NCBI GenBank assembly: GCA_963829055.1
Contig: CAWHHI010000011.1
Location: forward strand, 480,001 to 544,000
Length of the DNA: 64,000 nt
Direction of reading: 5' to 3'
Source: an uncultured Gemmatimonadaceae bacterium
GTDB lineage: Bacteria > Gemmatimonadota > Gemmatimonadetes > Gemmatimonadales > Gemmatimonadaceae
The notes under the pieces are model-generated. The model did no database searches, was not told the origin of the DNA, and saw only the letters and a list, made by a program, of their open reading frames with translations. Both the position numbers and the translations under genes were made by a program. Shown here piece by piece: positions 35,424 to 45,799 of the stretch. Numbering within the stretch: the first letter of the stretch is position 1; each line of letters starts with the position of its first letter.

Positions 35424-35701
35424 GTCGCTCGCCCCTCACGTCGCACGGCTTCGAGCCCGGCGTCGTAGTGCGTGTTCGCCCAGCGCACGTAGATCCACGT
35501 GAGCACCCACGACAGCACGATCACGAGCGCGCCGAGCAGCACGCCGACGCTGAGTCCCCGCGTCACGAGACGTCCCATGAGCGGCTTGTTGTACGCGATG
35601 AGCAGGATGAAACCGAAGTAGATGGCGACCATCACTGCCGTGAGGCTGATGGCGATGCGCCACCGCGTTTCCGCGAGCGACCGAAACCGCTGATCGGACA
35701 T
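35420..35701 (-). CDS. DUF485 (YjcH-like) inner membrane protein
   Basis: [22 protein letters not shown]; overlaps the actP start, as in the usual DUF485-actP pair. Confidence 0.88.
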   Translation of the reverse strand: MSDQRFRSLAETRWRIAISLTAVMVAIYFGFILLIAYNKPLMGRLVTRGLSVGVLLGALVIVLSWVLTWIYVRWANTHYDAGLEAVRREGRAT

Positions 35702-35819
35702 GCGCCGCAATAGGATCGGGGGCCCAGCGAGGCTGGGAACGTGGACCGGGAACCGGACCCGGTGGTGAGCCGCCCGCAAACCTGCTTCCGGAAGGCGGAA
35801 GCAGCAACGGCGGGAAGTT

Positions 35820-35930
35820 GTCATCCCGAGAAGCGCAGCGACGAAGGAGGGACCTTCTGTGATGGCATCGAGCCGGCCACGAGCAATTCACAGAGGATCC
35901 CTCGCTGCGCTACGCTGCGCTCGGGATGAC
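35820..35930. repeat. REP-like palindromic element, family B
   Basis: GTCATCCCGAG...CTCGGGATGAC termini; GAGGGACC/GATCCCTC inner pair. Confidence 0.8.
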
Positions 35931-35969
35931 ACACCTCCTTCCCAGGGCCTCCTTCCTACGGCCTCGTTC

Positions 35970-36470
35970 CTATCCGCTACTCGGCGCCGGATCGATGATG
36001 GGTGTCAGCCCAAGCCATTTCCGCACGTAGCCCATCTGCCCCACGTGGTAGGCCTCGTGCAGCGAGAAGTACCCGATCGCCCCGCGCAGCGTCGCATCCG
36101 TCGTCGGCACCCGCGATGCCGGCGGTGCCGCCAGGTCGGTCTCGGTCAACACCGTCAGGCGCTGCACGAGGATATCCGACAGCTCCTCCCACACCGTGAC
36201 GATCTCCTGCGGCTTGGGGTAGAGTGACGCCGGACCGACCTTCGCCCCGGTATCGAACAGGCTCCCCCACGGGAACGCGTGCGGAACGCCGACGAGTGTC
36301 ACCAGACGGGTCCGGAAATGCGTTACGTGCCCAGCCAACCAGAGCAACGGATTCGACAACTCCCCCGGGCGCCGCATTGCCTCCTCAGCGTCTACCCCAT
36401 TCATCGCCTTACTGAACAGATTGGTCGTGATCCGAAACTGCTCCGCCACCGGCCCGATGCTCGCGTGCAT
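35970..36470 (-). CDS. DinB family protein
   Basis: NPLLWLAGHV and HEAYHVGQ His motifs. Confidence 0.85.
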   Translation of the reverse strand: MHASIGPVAEQFRITTNLFSKAMNGVDAEEAMRRPGELSNPLLWLAGHVTHFRTRLVTLVGVPHAFPWGSLFDTGAKVGPASLYPKPQEIVTVWEELSDILVQRLTVLTETDLAAPPASRVPTTDATLRGAIGYFSLHEAYHVGQMGYVRKWLGLTPIIDPAPSSG

Positions 36471-36519
36471 GCGCACTCCGTCATGTGTTGCGTGTACCGT
36501 GTAACGTAGATTGACCCCT

Positions 36520-36598
36520 GGGGACTGGGGACTGAGGAACTGCGGCTGGTTGCTGGGTGGTCGTGCTGGTTGCTGGGTGACGCTGGGTGCGGCTGCGT
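36520..36598. repeat. Composite heptamer-repeat element
   Basis: GGGGACTGGGGACTGAGGAACT followed by CTGGTTGCTGGGTGGTCGTGCTGGTTGCTGGGTGACGCTGGG. Confidence 0.75.
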
Positions 36599-36744
36599 GC
36601 AGCGAGCAGCGCGTGGTGTCCTAGGCGGTAATAGCAGCAGCGGGCAGCGTGCGGCCGCAGCATGCAGCCGTCGGCCGAGGTGCCCAGCGTCGCTGCAGCA
36701 GCTATCGGATGTGACTTCGCCCGCGCACCAGAAGTTGACTATCT

Positions 36745-37290
36745 GTGGATACCTCTGACGCCGCCGTAATTCGGCGAGTCCTGAACGGAGACGTCGAAGC
36801 GTACTCGATTCTCGTCGAGCGCTACTTCGACCATTACGTTCGCTTTGCCGTCCACCTCGTGGGCAACCGCGAGGATGCCGAAGAGGTCGTTCAGGACACC
36901 TTTCTTCGGGCGTACCGCGCACTCGGCCGCTACGAGGAACGGGAACGCTTCGGCGCCTGGCTGTTGCGCATCCTGGTGAACCGCGCGCGTACCGTGAGTG
37001 CCATGGGTCGCCGCCGGGAGAAGATGTTCCCGGACCAGGTCGACGACACCCTGCCCGAGGCAGCCGAGGCGCACCCGGCCGAGCGTGCGGCGCTCCGCGA
37101 AGAGGTGGCGCGAGCGCTCTCGCAGATCGGGACCGACCAGCGCGAGGCGTTCCTGCTCCATTACGTCGAAGGGCTGAGCTACGAAGAGATGGCCGCCGTG
37201 ACCGGTTCCGGGATATCGGCGCTCAAGATGCGAGTCAAGCGGTCGTGCGAACGACTGCGTGAGATCCTTCAGGGGGTGAATCGTGTTTGA
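36745..37290 (+). CDS. ECF sigma factor (sigma-70 family)
   Basis: DAEEVVQDTFLRAY, FGAWLLRILVN, REAFLLHYVEGLSYEEMA. Confidence 0.92.
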   Translation: MDTSDAAVIRRVLNGDVEAYSILVERYFDHYVRFAVHLVGNREDAEEVVQDTFLRAYRALGRYEERERFGAWLLRILVNRARTVSAMGRRREKMFPDQVDDTLPEAAEAHPAERAALREEVARALSQIGTDQREAFLLHYVEGLSYEEMAAVTGSGISALKMRVKRSCERLREILQGVNRV

Positions 37291-37932
37291 TCGTGTGCCG
37301 GCACCAGACCCGCTCGCGTCGCTCATCGACGAGCTCCGCGAGCCCGTTGTGGGCGACCCGGCGGCGAAGCGTCGGGTGATGGAGTTGGTTCGCGAATGCC
37401 CTGTCCCCGTCGCGACCGTCGGCGCTCGCGTACACGCGCTCCCGACGCGCTCCCGCGGCATTCGCCGCGATCCGCAAGCTGCGCGGCGAGCGGAGCGAAT
37501 TCCGACGCAGCGCGACCGCGAGCACGCTCGCGACCGCCGCCGGGATCGCCCTCCTCATGGCCGTCGGCAATCAGGACCGAGCGACGCCGCGCCTGACGCC
37601 CGCGCGCCGCGCCGTCATCATCGGCGATAGCGTTGCCTCCGTCGCGTCGGCGATCCGGGACACGCTTCGCATCGTCCAGTTCATCCTCACGGCACCTGCC
37701 GCGTCACGGGTGGCGCTCGCAGGCGACTTCAACGGCTGGGACACGCGCTCCGTACCGCTCACGCGCGAGACGCGAGACGGACGTTGGGCCGTCACGCTCG
37801 CGCTCGCGCCGGGCCGCCACCAATTACGCCTACGTCGTCGACGACACCCAGTGGGTGCGCGACCCCGTCGGCACGCCGGCCGAGCCTAACGAGCTGACGC
37901 CGCCGCGCTCGGTCGTCATCATCAACCGTTAG
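37283..37932 (+). CDS. Putative anti-sigma-like membrane protein with C-terminal CBM48 / isoamylase early-set domain (2-3 frameshifts)
   Basis: Overlaps the sigma stop; hydrophobic TLATAAGIALLMAVG; VQFILTAPAASRVALAGDFNGWD, GRWAVTLALAPG, YAYVVDDTQWVRDP. Confidence 0.75.
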
Positions 37933-37990
37933 GCGCCGTCCGAGGTCCGCATCGTCGCGGAACGATTCCGGTCGGCGACGATCGCGGCTC

Positions 37991-38319
37991 CAACGGCAAC
38001 TGCCGATCACCGCGGAGGACTGCTTCGGTAAGCGTCTCAGACGAAGGGAGCGAGCGGATTCGTCTGATCAGGCGGATCGACTCCTCGAACGTGCAGGGCG
38101 CTACGGCAACGAGCGGAATTGAAGGAGGAACGGCCCCGGACATCGAATGCGATGCCGAGGCCGTTCCCAAAGAATCCCCGCCGCTTGCGTGACCAGCTGT
38201 CCCGGTCGCGATCGGATCAGGCCCTTTCAGTCGTTTCCGGCCTCTTCTCAAAACACCTTCGTTCTGGATGGTTGCCGAAGCAGTCCTCGGCGTCCTCCGT
38301 GAACTTGCTGTTGCCGTTG
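37991..38319. repeat. About 330-bp element with long imperfect terminal inverted repeats (MITE-like)
   Basis: CAACGGCAAC (37991) / GTTGCCGTTG (38310-38319), GAGGACTGCTTCGG / CCGAAGCAGTCCTC, CAGACGAAGG / CCTTCGTTCTG. Confidence 0.55.
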
Positions 38320-38353
38320 TCGTCGCATCGCACGACGCATTGCGGCGCGAGAA

Positions 38354-40795
38354 TCAGTCGCCCCGCAACGCGTCCGTCGGATCCACGTGGGCCGCGCGGC
38401 GTGCAGGCAGATAGCTCGCCGTGAACGCGACCGCCGTCACCAGCACCGTCACACCCACGAACGTGATCGGATCGCTGGCGCCAATGCCGTACAGCAGTCC
38501 GCGCATGGCACGCGTCGCCAGGAACCCAGCGACAATGCCCGAGGTGAGGCCCACCGCCGTCAGACGCATCCCTTCGCCGACGACCATACGCACCACCTGC
38601 GCCTCCTGCGCGCCTAACGCCCGGCGGATGCCGATTTCTCGTGAGCGCTCGGCGACGGCGTACGAGAGAACACCGTAGATCCCGACGGACGCCAGAACGA
38701 GCGCGAGCAACGCGAACGTGACGAGCAGCGCCATCGTGAACCGTCGTTGCGCGACGGAAGCAGCGATGAGCTGCTCCATCGTCGCCACCTCCGCCAGCGG
38801 TGTGCCATGCGCTGCCTCCCGAACGGCGGCGCGAACGCGGAGCCACCAGCGCGAGCGGATCCGTGCGCGCGCGCACGATCAGCGCAATGTCGTCCGAATT
38901 CTGCTGCGTATACGGCACGTACATCTCGGGCTTGGGCGTCACATCGAGCCCGGAATAGCTCACGTCGTCCACCACGCCGACGATCGTGCGCCACTCGTTT
39001 GACCCCGATTGCACGCGACGACCGAGCGCTCGGCCGTCTCCGAAATGCAGCTTGCGCGAACCGGCGATTCACCACGACGACCTTCGGCGACGTCTCGTCG
39101 TCCGAACGCGTTAGGCTCCGGCCCTCACGGACAGGAATACGCAACGTCTCGAAGTACCCCGGCGCGACGATGTAGAAACGCGCCTGCGGTTGCTGCTGGC
39201 CGGCGGGGGTGGGCTTCCCCTCGATCTCCAGACCAAAGAAGTCCTCGCGCTCGCTGAATGGTACGAGCGACGATGCGCTCACCGATGATACTCCAGGCAG
39301 GTGCGAGACGCGCTCGAGCAACGCGCTGTATAGCGCTCGCCGCGACGGCTCGTTCGGGTAGTCGCGTCCCGATGGGCGGAGACTCGCCGTGAGGACGCCG
39401 CGGGGCTCGAATCCTGGGCTCACAGCCATGAGCCGAGCGATGCTCCGCGTGAGCAGGCCAGCGGCGACGAGCAGGACCATCGCCAGGGCAACCTGCGCCA
39501 CGACGAGTCCCGATCGCGCGCGACGAGAGCGCCGATCGCTACTCGATCTGCGACCACCGTCGTTGAGCGCGCGTGCGAGGTCGACGCGCGACGCGCGCAC
39601 CGCCGGGACGATCCCGAACACGAGCCCGGTCAGCACCGACGCGACCATCGCGAACGCGAGCACGCGCGTGTCCACCCCAACGTCTGCGACTCGCGGGAAG
39701 CCCGCGGGCAGCATGCCGCGCAGCGCATCCGTCCCCCAGACGACCACGATCAATCCTAACGCGCCACCAAGGACCGCGAGCACCACACTTTCCGTCAGAG
39801 CCTGTGCGATGATCCTGCCGCGACCGGCGCCGAGCGCGGCGCGTACGGTGACCTCACGCTGCCGCCTGGTGGCACGCGCGAGCTGAAGGTTCGCGACGTT
39901 CGCACACGCGATGAGCAGCACGAGCGCGACCGCACCGAGAAGCGTGAGCAGCGCGGGCCGCACGGGAGCCGCGATCTGTTCAGGGAGCGGAATGATGGTC
40001 GACGTCCAGCCGACGTTGCTCGCTGGAAATGCCTGAGCCATGCGCCGCGACGTCTCGGTCGCTGCCGCACGAGCCTGAGACAGCGCCACCCCATCCCGGA
40101 GCCGCGCGATCACACCGAGGTATCGCCCGTCGCGCCTCGGATAGGCGGGGTCGATCACGTGCGGCACCCAGAATTCCGGTCTTCACTTTCGTGAGGATCG
40201 GGTACATCGACGGCAGCGGGAAGCGGAACGACTCGGGCATGACGCCGACGACCGTGAGCCGCTCGCCGTCGATCTCGACCGGCTTTCCGAGAATGTCGGT
40301 GGCGCCGCCGAAGCGTCGCTGCCAGAGGTCGTGCGACAGCAACACCACACCGGGCCGACCCGGCTGCTCCTCCTGCGGGGTGAAGCCGCGGCCGACAACG
40401 GGCCGGACGCCGAGCGTCGTCAGCAGCGACGGCGTGAGCTCCGCGCCCCAGAGCTGCTCCGCATCGCCGTCGCCGCCGAACGTCGACGACCGATAGCGAA
40501 ACGCACCGGCGTCGCTGAACACAGCGCGGTCCGCCCGGTAGTCGGTGAAGTTGCCGGGCGACGTCGGGATGTGCGTCACCCCGAAGTCCATCGCCGGATT
40601 GTCTTCCCAGATCATGACCAGACGATCCGGCGCCTGGTACGGCAGCGGCCGCAGGATGACGCCGTTCACGACGCTGAAGATGGCCGTGTTGGCGCCGATA
40701 CCTAACGCGAGCGTGATCACCACGGCGGCGGTGAACGTCGGGGCTCGCCGCAACGAGCGGAGCGTCGCGCGGAGATCGTGCAACAGCGAATCCAT
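38354..40795 (-). CDS. ABC permease, ADOP/MacB-like duplicated permease (several frameshifts)
   Basis: TLALGIGANTAIFSVVNGVILRPLPY, LLIACANVANLQLARA, RAALGAGRGR, GIYGVLSY..REIGIRRALGA, YLPARRAAHVDP. Confidence 0.9.
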
Positions 40796-40971
40796 GGGGT
40801 GTGCTCTCGATTGTGGCAGCCACGCCCAAGGGAAGATGCATGCCTCGTTGATGAAGTCGGCAACCCGTTGTCCCACAGCGGCTTGCGACTGAGACACGGG
40901 CGGTCGCTTTGATCGTTTCCGAACAGGTCATCCCACTGCCGAACAGAGGACCGATCCTTGCGCGACGCGCG

Positions 40972-41481
40972 ATGCACATTGGCGTCGTCGCTAACTTCAC
41001 CGGTCCCTCCAACGTGTCTCCCGACGGTCGATCGAGCTCCGGCAATACTCGCGTCCTCATCATTGCGACCGACCCAATGGTCGCTGCACTCGTCGGGCTC
41101 CTGCTCGACCCCGACCGATACGACCCGCTGTTTCCGCACGCCGAAGAACGGCCAGAAGACGCACTCGCGCGCGTCAGGCCACCGCTGGTGCTCGTGCTGG
41201 ACTGCGACCTGGACGCCGCCCACTCCGACCTGTTTTACGCACGCACCGCGAAGACACGAGCGACTGTTGTCCTGTTCGGACCACCAGGCAGTCGCGACAC
41301 CGTCGTCGAGCTCGCGCAGCTCCGAGGCGTCCCGTACGTGTACCTCCCTACCGACCGCGCGGCGCTCACGGAAGCGATTCAGACAGCCATCGTGCACGCG
41401 ATGAGCGCCGGTGTCTGGAGTATTGCGGCTCCGTTTTTCCTGGGCGCGCTCGCATTCTCGAGGCTCGTGGCCGCGTCCTGA
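40972..41481 (+). CDS. Hypothetical protein, degenerate receiver-like domain with hydrophobic C-terminal tail
   Basis: RVLIIATD..., RPPLVLVLDCD, TVVLFG, YLPTDRAAL resemble REC secondary-structure pattern. Confidence 0.5.
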   Translation: MHIGVVANFTGPSNVSPDGRSSSGNTRVLIIATDPMVAALVGLLLDPDRYDPLFPHAEERPEDALARVRPPLVLVLDCDLDAAHSDLFYARTAKTRATVVLFGPPGSRDTVVELAQLRGVPYVYLPTDRAALTEAIQTAIVHAMSAGVWSIAAPFFLGALAFSRLVAAS

Positions 41482-41554
41482 TTCATTGTCTCGGCCGCGC
41501 ACTGCCAGCAGCGCTTGGCGTCGCCGCGCCTCTCCGCCACATCCTTTGTCACAT

Positions 41555-42595
41555 ATGACACCGGTGACACTCGCCGCGCCTCGCGACGACGATGAGCTCG
41601 AGGAACTCCTCTCGCGCCCGGCGCCGGCCGTCATCGACGCACTGCGTCGCGCGCCCGGTGACGTCATCATCCTCGGCGCCGGCGGCAAGATGGGACCGTC
41701 GCTCGCCACGATGGTACGACGCGCGGCCGACGCCCTCGATGACGGTCGAGACGTCACTGCCGTCTCTCGCTTCTCATCGCCTGACGCGGCTACGCGGCTC
41801 GAGCACGCAGGCATCCGCGTCGTGCGAGCCGAGCTCGGCGATCGTGACGCCATCGCGCGCCTGCCTGACGCGGCGAACGTCATCTACATGGCGGGGCAGA
41901 AATTCGGGACGCGTGATCTGCCGTCGCTCACGTGGGCGGTGAACACGCTCGTGCCCGCAATGGTCGCCGAGCGCTATGCATCGTCACGCATCGTCGCGTT
42001 TTCCACGGGGAACGTGTACCCGCTATCGCCGGCCAGCGGCACGGGGTCGCGCGAAAGCGACGCACTCACGCCCGTCGGTGAATACGCGAACTCGTGCGTC
42101 GGACGCGAGCGCGTCCTCGAGCACATATCGCGCACGCGCGGAACACCGATGTCGATCATTCGACTCAATTACGCGGTCGACCTGCGCTACGGCGTGCTCG
42201 TGGACATTGCGCAGCACATAGCCGCCGGTGAGCCCGTGCGGGTCGACATGGGATACGTGAACGTGATCTGGCAGGGTGATGCGAATGCGCAGGCCATCCG
42301 CGCCCTCGAGCTCGCCGCCTCGCCGCCGTTCGTGGTGAACGTCACCGGACCCGAACGACTCTCGGTTCGCGAAACCGCCGCGAAGCTCGGTGCGCTGCTC
42401 GGTGTTACTCCGCGCACCGAGGGCACCGAGGCGCCAGACGCGCTGCTCAGTGACACGTCGCTCGCGCAATCGCGCTTCGGACCGCCCGACGTCTCGACGG
42501 ACCAGCTCATCGAGTGGGTCGCCTCATGGGTCGCGCGCGGCGGAACTCGACTGGGCAAGGCGACGAAGTTCGAGGTGCGCGATGGTCGCTACTAA
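41555..42595 (+). CDS. NAD-dependent epimerase/dehydratase family protein
   Basis: GAGGKMG, MAGQKFG, FSTGNVYP, EYANSCVGRER, RLNYAVDLRYG. Confidence 0.88.
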   Translation: MTPVTLAAPRDDDELEELLSRPAPAVIDALRRAPGDVIILGAGGKMGPSLATMVRRAADALDDGRDVTAVSRFSSPDAATRLEHAGIRVVRAELGDRDAIARLPDAANVIYMAGQKFGTRDLPSLTWAVNTLVPAMVAERYASSRIVAFSTGNVYPLSPASGTGSRESDALTPVGEYANSCVGRERVLEHISRTRGTPMSIIRLNYAVDLRYGVLVDIAQHIAAGEPVRVDMGYVNVIWQGDANAQAIRALELAASPPFVVNVTGPERLSVRETAAKLGALLGVTPRTEGTEAPDALLSDTSLAQSRFGPPDVSTDQLIEWVASWVARGGTRLGKATKFEVRDGRY

Positions 42596-43676
42596 CGGTC
42601 GCCTCGAAACGCTGACGGCACTCCAGGCGATCCGCTCCGGCTGCGTCATCCCGGCGCACCCACTCGCGCTCACGGAGGATCGCAAGCTCGACGAGCGCCA
42701 TCAACGCGCGCTGACTCGGTACTATGTCGCCGCCGGCGCGGGCGGCATCGCCGTCGGCGTGCACACGACGCAGTTCGCCATCCGTGAGGCGAAGCACAGC
42801 CTGCTCCGTCCGGTCCTCGAGCTCGCGGCGACGACTGCGCGAGGCGCATTGCCCAGGCTTGGCGGCTCGCTCGACGCTCCGCGCCTCGCTCCATTCGCGC
42901 TCGTCGCCGGCGTCTGTGGTCCCACTCGTCAGGCGGTCGCCGAGGCAGAGCTCGCGAATTCGTTAGGCTACCACGCCGGTCTCCTCAGCCTCGCCGCCAT
43001 GCGCGGCTCGGAGCCCGCGGCGATCATCGCTCACTGCCGAGCGATCGCCGACGTCATGCCGCTCGTCGGCTTCTACCTGCAACCGGCGGTCGGCGGCATC
43101 CCGCTGGGCTACGCGTTCTGGCGAGAGTTCGCCGAGATCCCGAACGTCGTCGCCGTGAAGGTCGCGCCGTTCGACCGCTATCGAACGATCGATGTCGTCC
43201 GAGCCGTGAGCGACGCCGGCCGGACCGATATCGCGCTCTACACCGGCAACGACGACAACATCGTCGGGGATCTCGTAACGCCGTTCCCATTCGGCCAGGA
43301 CGGAGCGCCTCGTCGCTTCGTCGGCGGCTTGTTCGGCCAGTGGGCGGTGTGGACGCGTCGCGCCGTCGAGTTGCTCGATCAGGCGCGCGCAGCGAGCGAG
43401 ACCGATCACGTCCCGGCAGACTTGCTTCGCGTGGGCGCGGCACTCACCGACGCGAATGCCGCGGTGTTCGACGTGCGACACGCGTTCGCGGGCTGCATCG
43501 CGGGCATCCACGAGGTGCTGCGCCGGCAGGGACTCATGCGGGGCATCTGGTGCCTCGATCCGGCGGAAGGTCTCTCGCCGGGCCAGTCGGCGGAGATCGA
43601 CCGCGTGACGCGGTCTTACCCCGACCTCACCGACGACGAGTTCGTCGCCGCGCACCTGGACAGCTGGCTCGCCTAA
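42582..43676 (+). CDS. Dihydrodipicolinate synthase family aldolase
   Basis: VIPAHPLAL, GVHTTQF, FYLQPAVGG, KVAPFDRY (Schiff-base Lys), YTGNDD. Confidence 0.88.
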   Translation: MVATNGRLETLTALQAIRSGCVIPAHPLALTEDRKLDERHQRALTRYYVAAGAGGIAVGVHTTQFAIREAKHSLLRPVLELAATTARGALPRLGGSLDAPRLAPFALVAGVCGPTRQAVAEAELANSLGYHAGLLSLAAMRGSEPAAIIAHCRAIADVMPLVGFYLQPAVGGIPLGYAFWREFAEIPNVVAVKVAPFDRYRTIDVVRAVSDAGRTDIALYTGNDDNIVGDLVTPFPFGQDGAPRRFVGGLFGQWAVWTRRAVELLDQARAASETDHVPADLLRVGAALTDANAAVFDVRHAFAGCIAGIHEVLRRQGLMRGIWCLDPAEGLSPGQSAEIDRVTRSYPDLTDDEFVAAHLDSWLA

Positions 43677-43684
43677 CGCGTTGT

Positions 43685-43807
43685 GTCATTCCGAGCGGAG
43701 CGACGAAGGGCGGAGTCGAGGAATCGCGATCGTCCGCGCCCAGAGGGCCCTCTACCCGGACGATCGCGATTCCTCGACTCGCGCCTCGGCGCTCCGCTCG
43801 GAATGAC
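43685..43807. repeat. REP-like palindromic element, family A, between convergent genes
   Basis: GTCATTCCGAGCGGAGCG / CGCTCCGCTCGGAATGAC termini and GAGTCGAGGAATCGCGATCGTCC / GGACGATCGCGATTCCTCGACTC inner arms. Confidence 0.85.
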
Positions 43808-43821
43808 CGGGGCTTTGCGTC

Positions 43822-44316
43822 TTACCGGCTGACGAGCTGCGCGTGCCACGAGTCGCGCATCGGCCGCTCGAACTCCTGCCGCCACGCCGACGCCGACGTG
43901 ATCGCCGTATCGAACACCGGCGTATCCGGCCCGATGCGTCCGTCGGCCACGAGCTGATTGAACGCATTCCGCGTCGTCACGTTGACGCGCCCGTCCGCAT
44001 CACGATAGTACACGCGGCCGCCACCGAGCATCGTCGTTCCGAGCACCGGCTCGAGCCGCGCGAGCGTGCGGAACAATCCGTCGATCGAGCACCCCGACGC
44101 GCCAGCCGTCGACTGATCGACACCGATCGCGAGGAAGCGGTCGTCGCGCCACTCACGTGCGCACGCGAGCGGAGCGCCGTGGGCGTTCCACTGCGCGAGA
44201 AAATCATCGACGGCGCTCAGAAGCTGCTCCGTTGCCGCCGGAGACGGTTCGGCCGCCGCGCCGAACACCCAGACGCGTGCGTCGTCGGGAAGCGAATCGA
44301 AAGACACTCGAGGCAT
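43822..44316 (-). CDS. Conserved hypothetical protein
   Basis: FDSLPDDARVWVF, WNAHGAPL, ASGCSID, TPVFD, SWH motifs; typical codon usage. Confidence 0.75.
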   Translation of the reverse strand: MPRVSFDSLPDDARVWVFGAAAEPSPAATEQLLSAVDDFLAQWNAHGAPLACAREWRDDRFLAIGVDQSTAGASGCSIDGLFRTLARLEPVLGTTMLGGGRVYYRDADGRVNVTTRNAFNQLVADGRIGPDTPVFDTAITSASAWRQEFERPMRDSWHAQLVSR

Positions 44317-44497
44317 GAGTCGGTCGCTGTGTGTCGCTGGTGTCGCTGTGCGAAGAGCCACGAATCGTGACCATATCAGATGCTTGCCGAAAGCTAACGC
44401 CCGCTGCCGCTGTCCAATCCCATCGCGGGTGACGACAGCGCGGCGGATCGCGTACCATTCCGAACGACGCCGCGCTCCCCACCACACACCCTGAATC

Positions 44498-45764
44498 GTG
44501 GCCGCACTCCATACCGCCGTCGCTGCGCCTGTTCGGCAGCGCTCCACTCGAGGCGACCGGGACGTCCGTCGAGCAATTCCTGCTTCTTCTCGCGGTCATC
44601 CTCGTTGCCGCGAAAGTGCTCGGTGAGCTCGCGGAGCGCATCGGTCAGCCGGCCGTCGTTGGAGAGCTCCTCGCCGGTGTGATTCTCGGCCCGTCTATCC
44701 TGGGCTTCGTCGACCCCACGCTCCCGTCGCTCCACCTGCTCGCTGAGATCGGCGTCGTGCTGCTGCTCTTCGGCATCGGCCTCGAGACAGATCTGAAGCG
44801 ACTCATGAGCGTCGGCGGCGCTGCATTCACCGTCGCGGTCGTCGGCGTGGTCCTGCCATTCGCGGCGGGATTCGGTGTCGCGCGCGGGCTCGGCCTCGAA
44901 CTACTTCCTGCCATCGTCGCCGGCGCGGCGCTCACGGCGACGTCGGTCGGTATCACCGCGCGCGTGCTCTCCGACCTCGGTCAGCTCAAGAGCGTCGAAG
45001 GCCAGATCGTACTCGGCGCCGCCGTCATCGATGACGTTATCGGCCTCGTGATCCTGGCCGTCGTCAGCGACCTCGTCGCAGGGAACGCACCGAGCGTGCT
45101 CGGAGTGCTGCGCACCACGGGCATCGCGTTCGGCTTTCTCGCGGCGGCGCTGCTGCTCGGCCGCGTCATCGTGCCCCCGCTGTTCTCACTCGTAGCACGC
45201 ACGGGGAAGGAACACACACTCGCGTCGATGGCCCTCGCACTCGCGTTTCTGCTCGCGGTGGCAGCCTCCGAAATCGGCTCGGCGCTCATCGTCGGCGCGT
45301 TCGCGGCGGGGCTCGTGCTCGCGCCAACAGAGCATGTGCACGTCATCGAGCGCGGCATCATCCGGCTCGCGAACGTGTTCGTGCCCATCTTCTTCGTCGC
45401 TGTCGGCGCGGCGGTCGACGTGCGCACGTTCGGGTCGCGCGACGTCCTCATTGTCGGGTTCGCACTCACGGCCGTGGCGATCGTTGGAAAGTTCGCGGCC
45501 GGATTCGCGCCCGTATGGATCAAGGCGAACAAGACGCTCATCGGCGTCGGCATGATCCCACGCGGTGAGGTCGGCCTGATCTTCGCGCAGACCGGGTTGA
45601 CTGCCGGCGTGATCGACGCGGGCGAGTACAGCGCGCTCATGCTCATGGTGCTCGTGACCACGTTCATCGCGCCCCCACTGCTCCGCCAGCTCATCTCGAA
45701 GATGGCCGGCGCGACGCGTGATACCGACATTGGCGCGGTCGGCGAGATGACCACGGAAGCCTGA
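44498..45764 (+). CDS. Cation:proton antiporter, CPA2 (KefB/NapA-like); start uncertain
   Basis: GQPAVVGELLAGVILGP, LFGIGLE, ATSVGIT, AAVIDDV, PIFFVAVG, GMIPRGEV. Confidence 0.9.
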
Positions 45765-45799
45765 CCTGGTCCGCTGGTATCCACCTAGTATTCACCGCC

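Noticed and set aside
8707..36598. Short repeats as a CRISPR array
   Set aside because: Units are 7-bp tandem or palindromic with no regular unique spacers, and there are no cas genes
37884..37934. GCCTAAC...GTTAGGC pair resembling an integron attC site
   Set aside because: Only 51 bp, no complementary L boxes, lies inside a CDS, no integrase or cassette array; explained by the frequent octamer
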